Shown piece after piece: positions 11,946 to 19,416 of a DNA stretch of 64,000 bases (positions within the stretch are counted from its first letter, which is position 1; each line of letters begins with the position of its first letter). The DNA is from an uncultured Gammaproteobacteria bacterium (GTDB lineage Bacteria; Pseudomonadota; Gammaproteobacteria; Chromatiales; Chromatiaceae): contig CAVPHF010000041.1 in the NCBI GenBank assembly GCA_963704155.1, forward strand, positions 16,457-80,456, given 5' to 3'. A program made the position numbers and the translations under genes. The notes below the pieces were generated by a model. It worked only from the letters and a program-made list of their open reading frames with translations, was not told the origin of the DNA and did no database searches.

Positions 11946-12799
11946 CGAACACTGGACGCCGAGTCCTCATTTGCACCGACCTCGACCGCACCTTGCTGCC
12001 GAACGGCTCGCAGCCCGAATCGCCGGCCGCACGGCCACGCTTCAGTGCCCTGGCCGCGCACCCGGAAGTGCGCACCGCCTATGTCACCGGCCGTCACCGG
12101 GAACTGGTGCACGAGGCAATCGAAGAGTTCGGCGTGCCCGTGCCGGACTTCTTGATCGGCGACGTCGGCACCAGTATCTACCGCGTCCAGAACGGCGACT
12201 GGAGCCCATGGCAGGAATGGGGCGAGCACATCGGACACAGCTGGTCCGGGCAGGGAGCGGATGTGCTCGCGGCGCTTCTCCATGGCATCGACGGTCTGTT
12301 GATGCAGGAGCCGGCCAAGCAGGGGCCCTACAAGCTCAGCTACTACACGCCCCAGGACTGGGACCGCGGCGCGCTATTGCCGCAGATCGAGGCACGGCTG
12401 CAAGACAATGGCATTTCCGCCAATCTCATCTGGAGCCTCGACGAACATAGCGGTACCGGCCTGCTCGACGTGCTGCCGGCCACCGCAAGCAAGGACTCCG
12501 CCATCGAGTTCCTGATGCAGCGCGAGGGCTTCGCTCATGCGGACACGGTCTGCTCCGGCGACAGCGGCAACGATCTCGCCATGCTCACCGGTGAGCTGCA
12601 AGCGGTGTTGGTCGCCAATGCCACTGCCGACGTCCGCGCCGATGCCGCCGCCTTGGTCGACGCCGCCGGACTCGGTCACCTGCTCTACCAGGCGCAGGGC
12701 GACTTCCACGGCATGAACGGCTTTTACGCCGCCGGCATCCTCGAAGGCGTCGCACACTACCTGCCGGAAACAGTGGATTGGTGGAAGGGAGGAGAGTAA
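11942..12799 (+). CDS. HAD-IIB phosphatase, probable sucrose-6-phosphate phosphatase
   Basis: 285 aa with the canonical DxDxT (ICTDLDRTLL) and a C-terminal GDSGND motif. ATGA overlap with the SPS stop. The substrate is inferred from context only. Confidence 0.7.
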   Translation: MTNTGRRVLICTDLDRTLLPNGSQPESPAARPRFSALAAHPEVRTAYVTGRHRELVHEAIEEFGVPVPDFLIGDVGTSIYRVQNGDWSPWQEWGEHIGHSWSGQGADVLAALLHGIDGLLMQEPAKQGPYKLSYYTPQDWDRGALLPQIEARLQDNGISANLIWSLDEHSGTGLLDVLPATASKDSAIEFLMQREGFAHADTVCSGDSGNDLAMLTGELQAVLVANATADVRADAAALVDAAGLGHLLYQAQGDFHGMNGFYAAGILEGVAHYLPETVDWWKGGE

Positions 12800-12808
12800 C
12801 TAGAATCA

Positions 12809-13459
12809 ATGAGCGACGACAGTTTGGAACCAATGCTGACGGCCGCGGAGGCGCGCGTGCTCGGTGCGCTGATGGAGAAACAGCGCGCGACGCCCGATCA
12901 GTATCCGCTGACGTTGAACGCCCTGGTCAACGCCTGTAATCAGAAGAGCAGCCGTCATCCGGTCATGCGCATGGAGCCCGGCGAGGTCGGTCATACCGTC
13001 AACGCATTGCGCGACCGTGGTCTGATCCACGCCAGTTTCAGCGGCCGCACCGAGCGCTACGACCACAAGCTGGCCGGCACCTTCATGCTCGACCGCCGCC
13101 AACAGGCCCTACTCTGTGTGCTGATGCTGCGCGGTCCGCAGACCCCAGGCGAGCTGCGCACCAATAGCGCCCGGCTGGCGGACTTCAACGACCTCGGCGC
13201 GGTGCAAACGGCGCTGACGGAGATGGAGCAGCACAACCCGCCTCTGGTGCGCGAGCTTCCGCGCCAGGCCGGCATGCGTGAGCAGCGCTTCGCGCATCTG
13301 CTCTGCGGAGAGCCCAAGATCGAGCAGCAGGCGCCTGACGCCGCGTCGGCCCGCTCAAGCAAGTCATCATCGGCGCTCGAAGCACGTGTCGAGCAGCTTG
13401 AGTCAGAGGTCTCGGCGCTGCGCGACGAGATCGCGGCGATGCGTCAGGCGCTGGAATAG
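12809..13459 (+). CDS. yceH: YceH/DUF480 family protein
   Basis: The N-terminus LTAAEARVLGALMEKQRATPDQYPLTLNALVNACNQKSSR... is characteristic of the UPF0502/YceH family. It has a C-terminal coiled coil. Confidence 0.8.
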   Translation: MSDDSLEPMLTAAEARVLGALMEKQRATPDQYPLTLNALVNACNQKSSRHPVMRMEPGEVGHTVNALRDRGLIHASFSGRTERYDHKLAGTFMLDRRQQALLCVLMLRGPQTPGELRTNSARLADFNDLGAVQTALTEMEQHNPPLVRELPRQAGMREQRFAHLLCGEPKIEQQAPDAASARSSKSSSALEARVEQLESEVSALRDEIAAMRQALE

Positions 13460-13568
13460 GCGCGAGCGCGGCACCCGGGGAGAGACACCCCCAGTCGCCG
13501 CGAGGCATGGCTCCCACCGGCCAGCGGCCAGCACCAATAACCCGCCGGGTGTACCGCCAACGGCGATC

Positions 13569-14369
13569 CTAGTGGGCTCGCGGCGCCTTTGTCCGGCTTG
13601 CGCTCGCCAGGGCAAAGCCGAGCAGTATCGAGACGAAGGTCGGGCCGAAAGGCTGGTCGAGCAGCAATGCCGCCGCGAAGCCCAGCAGGTAGCCCAGCAG
13701 GCCTATCGCGGCGGACAAGAGCAGCGTCCAGCGCCAGCCGGTCGCGATGCGAAATGCGATCCAAGCAGGCACCAGCACCAACGCGAAGGCGGCCATCAGC
13801 CCGATGCTGGCGGTTGCGACGGCCATGCCGGTTGCCGCGAGCAGGTCGAAACCCAGGTGCCAGCGTCGCGACGGCAATCGGTTGGCCAGCTCGTGCTGCG
13901 GCAGGAGGCGTGCGCGCAGCAGTCGCGGCGTTAGCCAGGGCAGCGCCAGGGCGCAGAGCAGCACCAGGAAGACGGCGGCGCCAAGATCCATTGGACCGGC
14001 GAAATAGAGCTGCCCCTCGACCAGCGCTTGCCCCAACTGCTCGCCATGTCCGGAGTTGGCAGCGACAAGCATTAGCACCGCCCAGCCACCGAGGATCATG
14101 AAGCCGAAGGCGGTATTGCCGCTGACCATGCCAAAGCCCTTGGCGAAGGCGCCGCCGCCAGCGGCGACGAGCCCGCCGAAGAGCACGGGCAGCCCGATCG
14201 AAAGCCCCAGCAGCGCACCGGCTGCGGCCAGGTGCGCAAAGCCGAGCGCCGCAAGCCATTCGTCCCTGAGCATCAAGAGCGCGCCCAGCACGGGCAAGAC
14301 ACAGGCCAGCAACAGGCCCACCGCAAGCGGCAGGCGGAAGATCGGATCAGTGAGCGCGGTCAGGTCCAT
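13569..14369 (-). CDS. Metal ABC transporter permease (ABC-3/ZnuB-like)
   Basis: 266-aa polytopic membrane protein with ZnuB/TroCD-like hydrophobic architecture. It is the last gene of the SBP-ATPase-permease array and overlaps the ATPase stop. Confidence 0.8.
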   Translation of the reverse strand: MDLTALTDPIFRLPLAVGLLLACVLPVLGALLMLRDEWLAALGFAHLAAAGALLGLSIGLPVLFGGLVAAGGGAFAKGFGMVSGNTAFGFMILGGWAVLMLVAANSGHGEQLGQALVEGQLYFAGPMDLGAAVFLVLLCALALPWLTPRLLRARLLPQHELANRLPSRRWHLGFDLLAATGMAVATASIGLMAAFALVLVPAWIAFRIATGWRWTLLLSAAIGLLGYLLGFAAALLLDQPFGPTFVSILLGFALASASRTKAPRAH

Positions 14370-14991
14370 CGGCGGCAGCCAAGGTTGCGAGCGCCCCGTC
14401 GTGATCCGAGCTCGTGGAGAGCTCCAACACGCGCGTGCAATGGGCGTCGAGGAAGGCCCGTTCGTGACTCACCAGCAGCACGGCGCGGTCCGCGGCGCGC
14501 GCCGCAAGCATCTGCGCGAGCAGGGCCATGTGGGTCGGGTCCAAATTGTTGGTGGGCTCGTCCAGCAGCACCAGCCGGCCAGGCCCGGCCAACGCCGCCC
14601 AGACGCACAGCAACTGGTGCTGCCCCCCGCTCAGGCGGTCGAGCCGCTGCGGCAGGAGCCGCACCAGGGTCTCGGGCAAAGCGCCAGCGTCAGCATGGGC
14701 GCTCGGATCGGCACCGGCGATGGCGAGCAGCTCCCTGCCGGTGACCGGCAAGGGTGCGAAACGCACCGGTGCCTGCGGCTGCACCGCCAGCTCGATGCCG
14801 GGCGCCAAGTCTATGCTTCCGCCGAAACAGCGCGCCTGCCCGGCGACGGCCGCGAGCAGCGTCGACTTGCCGCTGCCGTTGGCCCCCCAAAACCCGACGA
14901 TGTCGCCCGCCGATACCCGCAGCGACACCGGCCCCACCACCGGCTGCGACCAGCCGGCAACGAGGCCGTTCAGGGACAACAACGGGGTCAA
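14347..14991 (-). CDS. Metal ABC transporter ATP-binding protein (ZnuC-like)
   Basis: Walker A GANGSGKST, signature LSGGQHQLL and Walker B LVLLDEPTNNLD. The track ORF (to 15699) is an over-extension through the SBP gene. No in-frame ATG fits; a TTG at 14991, 14982 or 14979 is plausible, so the start is uncertain. Confidence 0.8.
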   Translation of the reverse strand: MTPLLSLNGLVAGWSQPVVGPVSLRVSAGDIVGFWGANGSGKSTLLAAVAGQARCFGGSIDLAPGIELAVQPQAPVRFAPLPVTGRELLAIAGADPSAHADAGALPETLVRLLPQRLDRLSGGQHQLLCVWAALAGPGRLVLLDEPTNNLDPTHMALLAQMLAARAADRAVLLVSHERAFLDAHCTRVLELSTSSDHDGALATLAAADGPDRAH

Positions 14992-15019
14992 TAGCGCGGC
15001 CGTTAGCGGCGGTTCGGCT

Positions 15020-15895
15020 TCAGTCGGCGCTGGCAACGGCGCTGACCCAGCGGTCGATGTGGCGCAAATAGCCGTTGCCGTCGGCATCCACCGGCGGCTC
15101 CAGTGGGAGCTCACGAACCGGCCACCCCAGCTCCCGGCCCAGCTTGCGCGGCCCCTTCGGCGATTGATAGGGCGCGTAGACAATGACACCTTCGCGCCCC
15201 CGCAGCTTGCCGGCCAAGTTCCGCAGAGCGCGCCCGCTCGGCGGCACCCCGGGCACCGGCTCGATGGTGCCGAGCAGCGGTACGTCGAAGCGCTCCAGCA
15301 GGTAGATGGCGTCGCGGTGGTAAAGCACCACGCCCGGTGCTTCCGCGAGTCGGGCCTGCCAATCCGGAACGCGACGCTCGACGGCAGCGGCGAAGCGCTC
15401 CGCGTTGCGGCGATAGGCGGTTGCATTGGCCGGGTCCAGCAGAGCCATCCGCCCGCCCAAGGTCTCCGCGACCTGCGCCATGCGCACGGGGTCCAGATCC
15501 ACGTGCGGATTACCCGCCGGGTGCACATCACCCTGGGCGCGGTCCGCCGCGCCGCCGACGTCCAGCAGCGGCACCTGCGCCGCCGCCTCGAAGTAGCCCT
15601 CGCGCCCGGGGAGGATGTCGGGGTTCGCGGAGCTTGAGCTCGCCGCCGGCAACCAGCCCACCTCCAGCTCGGCACCCACGGCGACCACCAGGTCGGCACC
15701 GCGCAGCGCGCGGATCATGCTCGGCTTGGCCTGCAACATATGCAGATCCTGCTCCGGCCCGGAAAGCACCGTGAGATCGGCTTCAGGCGCCACGGCGCGC
15801 ACCAGGGCGCCCATGCTCGTGCTGGTGGCGACCACGTCGAGCGCCAGCGCGGGGCCTGCGAGCACCGCGAGCAGGCCAAACAACCATCGTCTCAT
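15020..15895 (-). CDS. Metal ABC transporter substrate-binding protein (ZnuA/TroA-like)
   Basis: Signal peptide MRRWLFGLLAVLAGPALA, with the ATG at 15895 preceded by AGGAG. Cluster-9 SBP-like motifs are present (DLHMLQAKPS, GDVHPAGNPHVDLDP). Unlike many ZnuA proteins, there is no His-rich loop. Confidence 0.8.
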   Translation of the reverse strand: MRRWLFGLLAVLAGPALALDVVATSTSMGALVRAVAPEADLTVLSGPEQDLHMLQAKPSMIRALRGADLVVAVGAELEVGWLPAASSSSANPDILPGREGYFEAAAQVPLLDVGGAADRAQGDVHPAGNPHVDLDPVRMAQVAETLGGRMALLDPANATAYRRNAERFAAAVERRVPDWQARLAEAPGVVLYHRDAIYLLERFDVPLLGTIEPVPGVPPSGRALRNLAGKLRGREGVIVYAPYQSPKGPRKLGRELGWPVRELPLEPPVDADGNGYLRHIDRWVSAVASAD

Positions 15896-15938
15896 GCCGT
15901 TGCTCCTTCTGAGTTTGGGTTTGGACATGCGGTGCACC

Positions 15939-17678
15939 TCAGAACTTATGGGCGCCATGGCTGCCCAGGCTCATCAGGAACTGCATGTAGAAGGCGTTGA
16001 AGCGCTCGCGCTCGTCCTCCGTCACCAGGATGTCGTTATAGGCGTACTGGGCGCGCAGCTTCGAGAATTCGGACAGGGTCCAGGTGATGTCCGCCGTCCA
16101 GCGGTCCGAGCTGCCGAAACCCTCGTTGACCGCACCGGTGACCTTGTTGGTCAGGCCCAGCACGTCGTAGCGCAGTCCGGCCTTCCACTTCGGCAGGAAG
16201 CCGTAGGTCGCCTGGGCGTAGAGGCCGTCGGTGGTGTAGTTCCGGCTGCTGCCGATCTGCTCCGGATGGGCACTGGAGCGCACCTTCATGTATGAGAGGG
16301 AGCGCAGGTATTCGGCTTGGAAGGTGATATCGCCCTGCCCGTGGGCCCCGGCGCCGTCGTACTTGTAGACGAGGTCGAGCCCCCAGAGGTCTGCATTGCC
16401 GGCAAGTCCCGTCTCGTGCAGCTCTTCGGTGATGCCGTTGCCGTGGGCGTGCATATGGTCGTGGTCCGCGTCCTCATGCTCGTGATCCTCGTCGTGGGCG
16501 TGTCCTTCGTCGTGCTCATGGTCATGCCCGTGATCCGCCTCGTGCGCATGATCCTCTTCATGCGCATGCCCATGCTCATCTTCGTGCCCATGGTCATCTT
16601 CATGCTCGTGCGCCATCGCATGGGTATGCGTGCGTACCGCTTGCTGCTGATCCGCATGCGCGTAGGACACGCCAAACTGGAGCGCGTGCTTGCGACCGAG
16701 GTCCGGCGCGACCTTGGCGAATGCAGTGAAGAGTCGGGGGCCGTCCTGGGTCTGGCCGAGGTTCAGCGCCTCCTGCTCGGCGTCGCCGACGGTGGCGCCG
16801 AAGATCTCCTGGTTGCCCTGCAACGCCTCGCCGCCGATGAGGGCGTAGAAGGGCAGGTCGTCCGGCACCCAGGTGAGCTGCAAGCCCGTGTCCTGCAGGC
16901 CATGGAAGCCGAGGAGGTTCAGGTACGGCAGGTTCTGGTCTACGAAGTCCCACTGGTGCGGGTGCTGATCGTTGACGTAGCCGAAGCCACTGAGGAACTT
17001 ACCCCCCTTTACTTTGAGACCGTACGGGAGCGACCGGGTCTCGAAGTAGGCCTCCTCGAGGGTGACGTCGCCGTCGCCACTGACGGTGACATAGGTCGCC
17101 GCATCGAAGTACGGGTCAACGGTCGCGCTGAAATAGAACTCGGCCGAGCGTAGGTTGAACCCCGGCTCTGCCACGGCATGCGCATGGCCGCCATCGCCAT
17201 GATCGTGCGCATCGCCCCCCTCGCCATGATCATGGGCGAGGCTGCGCCCTGGCCAGAATGCCTCGCCCACCAGCGCGGCGCCATCACCTTCCGAAGTGTC
17301 GTCCTGGTAGTAGTTGCCGTCCAGGATCACCGAGATCTGTGGATTGAAGGCGCTGCCGGAGGTGACGGCGTCGAACACCCCGCCGCGCTTGGTCGCCGAG
17401 CCCGCGCCAGCGCTCGCCTGGCCTTGCGACCGCAACACCCGCGGCGCGGTCATCGGCAGCGACAGCGCATCGGCACCGGCCGCCTGGCGCGCGACCCGGG
17501 CGGTCTGCTCGGCGTCGGACAGGCGCGACTCCAGCGCCTGGATACGGTCTTCATATTGGCTGCGCATGGCCTCGAGTTCCGCGCGCAACGCGTCGATGTC
17601 GGCGTCGCCGGCGGCAGCCGCGGCGACCGGGGACAGTAGGGCACCCAGAAAGGCGCCCGGCAACAGTGATTGGTTCAT
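15939..17678 (-). CDS. Outer-membrane beta-barrel protein with an N-terminal coiled coil and two His/Asp/Glu-rich insertions
   Basis: Signal peptide MNQSLLPGAFLGALLSPVAAAAAG (ATG 17678, GGAG upstream), then a coiled coil (IDALRAELEAMRSQYEDRIQALESRL). The remainder shows alternating beta-strand-like sequence ending in aromatic ...HGAHKF. His-rich inserts are encoded at nt 17178-17237 and 16440-16631. No TonB plug or TonB box was recognised. Confidence 0.7.
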   Translation of the reverse strand: MNQSLLPGAFLGALLSPVAAAAAGDADIDALRAELEAMRSQYEDRIQALESRLSDAEQTARVARQAAGADALSLPMTAPRVLRSQGQASAGAGSATKRGGVFDAVTSGSAFNPQISVILDGNYYQDDTSEGDGAALVGEAFWPGRSLAHDHGEGGDAHDHGDGGHAHAVAEPGFNLRSAEFYFSATVDPYFDAATYVTVSGDGDVTLEEAYFETRSLPYGLKVKGGKFLSGFGYVNDQHPHQWDFVDQNLPYLNLLGFHGLQDTGLQLTWVPDDLPFYALIGGEALQGNQEIFGATVGDAEQEALNLGQTQDGPRLFTAFAKVAPDLGRKHALQFGVSYAHADQQQAVRTHTHAMAHEHEDDHGHEDEHGHAHEEDHAHEADHGHDHEHDEGHAHDEDHEHEDADHDHMHAHGNGITEELHETGLAGNADLWGLDLVYKYDGAGAHGQGDITFQAEYLRSLSYMKVRSSAHPEQIGSSRNYTTDGLYAQATYGFLPKWKAGLRYDVLGLTNKVTGAVNEGFGSSDRWTADITWTLSEFSKLRAQYAYNDILVTEDERERFNAFYMQFLMSLGSHGAHKF

Positions 17679-17755
17679 TCGTGCACTCCGATAGACGAAC
17701 AGACGACGACCCGCGACCCTATGAGGTCGTCGGGCAACCAAGCCGTAGGCAGGGC

Positions 17756-18085
17756 TCAGTAACCGTCAGTTGGCGGCGGCGCACGCGCGCGATGCGCGTT
17801 GAAGATCGTTCGAAGTGGGGGGCGTGCGATTGCGAACAGTGGCAATCGGAGCGGGCCGAGGCAGTCCGTGAAATCGAGCACTGCCGTGTTGAGCACCGCA
17901 CCGAGCGGGGCACCGGCCAGGCAGATCTCGCACTGTTCCTCGTCCACATGCCCGAGGTGCTCGACGTCGTGGAGCCACAGCAGCGTCTGCGCCAGCACCA
18001 AGAGGCAGGCCAGAAGGAGGCACCCGGACGCCGCAAGACGGGAGTGGGAACTGGACGGGCGGGGCTGAGCAACACAGCGGGACAC
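17756..18085 (-). CDS. Small membrane-anchored His/Cys/acidic protein (DUF2946-like?), first gene of the putative Zur operon
   Basis: 109-aa GTG-start ORF with one predicted TM helix (LAASGCLLLACLLVLAQTLLWL). The helix is followed by HDVEHLGHVDEEQCEIC, a candidate metal-binding motif. Its position between the Zur-like box and the OM barrel gene supports it. The family assignment is tentative. Confidence 0.45.
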   Translation of the reverse strand: MSRCVAQPRPSSSHSRLAASGCLLLACLLVLAQTLLWLHDVEHLGHVDEEQCEICLAGAPLGAVLNTAVLDFTDCLGPLRLPLFAIARPPLRTIFNAHRARAPPPTDGY

Positions 18086-18120
18086 GAGTCGACCGAGACC
18101 TTGGGCAAGCTGTTTGGCAG

Positions 18121-18140
18121 AATGTTATATAATAACAAAC
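18121..18140. promoter_or_regulatory. Candidate Zur box
   Basis: AATGTTATATAATAACAAAC has the core TGTTATATAATAACA (18123-18137), with 6 of 7 arm positions self-complementary. It resembles the gammaproteobacterial Zur consensus GAAATGTTATANTATAACATTTC. It is the only strongly AT-rich patch locally and lies 38 nt upstream of the GTG at 18085. Confidence 0.6.
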
Positions 18141-18151
18141 GAAGGTGTTGC

Positions 18152-18430
18152 TTGTTGCAGATCAAATACAAACCGCGAAGCACGATACTGACGGTCTTCG
18201 GATTCTTCTTTATCTCCGGCTTTTGCGCCCTGCTGCTGCAGGTGGATGCGGGAGCTAGCGCTGCTCTTCGGCGCCACCGCTCAGGCCGCGGTAGCCACCC
18301 CGGCGGCCTTGGTTCTCGGCCTTGCCGTACGCCGCGCCCGCAGGGGACAGCGGAGTCGCCGCATCGCCCGGCCGCTCCAGGGCCATGCGCTGCGGGAAGC
18401 CGGCGTCCTGGTGGTATCGCTGGACTATTT
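18152..18430 (+). pseudogene. Frameshifted N-terminal remnant of a spermidine-synthase-like / fused-MFS membrane protein
   Basis: Frame 1 gives ...TVFGFFFISGFCALLLQV and a shifted frame continues WMRELALLFGATAQAAVATPAALVLGLA. Together they reproduce the FFxSGxxALxxQVxWxRxLxLxFGxT signature of that family's first two TM helices. The frame break is at about 18240-18246, and no recognisable continuation follows. Confidence 0.3.
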
Positions 18431-18999
18431 CCTTCTCGCAAAGGCCTCCGCGACCACAGACGGCGCGCTCTGCGACAAACGGGTATCGACCGAGCCAGGG
18501 CTGCTGGTGCTCGTCAAGCTGCTGCTCGTGCTGGTATTCTTGTCGCCGACGTCTCCTCCTTGGCTGCTTGGCTCGCGCGACGGAGATGGGCCCTCGTGCC
18601 AATGCCACCGTTGTCCCGATGGTATCGGTGCTGCTGTGCGCGTCAGCGCTGCTTGTAGCGGCGACACCACACGCCTTGGCTCGACGTATGGGCAGCTTGG
18701 ACTCCCTAAGCGCCCAGCGCTGGAAGCGCTGCGCGCCGAGCGGGACGAGGCGATGCAGCGTCGCACCGAGGGCCTGCCAGACGGCTGATTGAAGATCGCG
18801 CGGACTCGGCTTGACCGCACGCAACGCGATCTGCCGCGCCGGCGTCTATCCTTCCCAGGGCATTCATGGAATCCGCTCGGAATCGGCGGTGTCTTGCCGT
18901 CGTAACCCTCGACGGGGCGCCTTCCGAAGCGGCGCTGCCGATGCCAGCGGCCACCGCGTAGTGAATGCCCGAAACAAACATGCAAGCGGAGTGAGCCCA

Positions 19000-19359
19000 A
19001 TGACCGAGCCCTGCCAGACCCATCTAGATCACGACCACGAACACGGCCCCGGCTGCGGTCACCAGACCGTCCGCCATGGTGACCACCTCGACTACCTGCA
19101 TGACGGCCATTTGCACCACCCGCACGAGATGGATGGCAAGGTGCACTACGATGAGCACGTGATCGAGGTCAGCGAGACCAACCCCGACGGCTGCGAGCGG
19201 CGCATCGCCGACTGCCAAGCGAGCGGCCATGTGCACGGCCCAGACTGCGGGCACGAGGCCATCCCCCACGGAGACCACGTGGACTACATCGTTGGCGGGC
19301 GCCTGCATCATCCGCACGGCGACCATTGCGACGATCATGGTCCGGTGAGCCTGACCTGA
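19000..19359 (+). CDS. Small cytoplasmic His/Cys-rich protein with two histidine-triad-like repeats
   Basis: The ATG at 19000 (GGAG 9 nt upstream) gives 119 aa. It has two repeats, HGPGCGHQTVRHGDHLDYLHDGHLHHPH and HGPDCGHEAIPHGDHVDYIVGGRLHHPHGDHCDDHG. There is no signal peptide. The upstream part of the track ORF (18811-18999) is rejected. Confidence 0.65.
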   Translation: MTEPCQTHLDHDHEHGPGCGHQTVRHGDHLDYLHDGHLHHPHEMDGKVHYDEHVIEVSETNPDGCERRIADCQASGHVHGPDCGHEAIPHGDHVDYIVGGRLHHPHGDHCDDHGPVSLT

Positions 19360-19416
19360 GTGAGGGTCAGACAGCGCCCAACCTGTAGCACCGCCTTCTG
19401 GTCTCAGCCGTCCTTA

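Noticed and set aside
14992-15699. N-terminal 235-codon extension of the ABC ATPase ORF (track ORF 14347-15699).
   Set aside because: The extension overlaps almost the whole SBP gene in another frame and is Arg/Trp/Cys-rich nonsense. ATPase homology starts about 30 aa before the Walker A.
16440-16631. Quasi-repetitive CAY/GAY DNA considered as a microsatellite or CRISPR-like array.
   Set aside because: It is in frame within a long ORF and encodes a His/Asp/Glu tract. It has no repeat-spacer periodicity, so it is coding low complexity rather than a non-coding repeat.
17666-18658. 330-aa plus-strand ORF spanning the Zur-box region.
   Set aside because: It runs antisense through the small His/Cys protein gene and across the AT-rich operator. 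Only a short internal stretch (the spermidine-synthase-like stub) has any recognisable sequence, so it is treated as a pseudogene remnant instead.
18961-18999. Possible second Zur box upstream of the His-triad-like protein gene (GAAACAAACATGC).
   Set aside because: There is no dyad symmetry and only a half-site-like AACA.
18255-19000. Minus-strand ORFs of 189 and 191 aa between the two metal loci.
   Set aside because: They have Arg-rich low-complexity translations, no motifs, no RBS and mutually overlapping frames. The region is better explained as decayed sequence.
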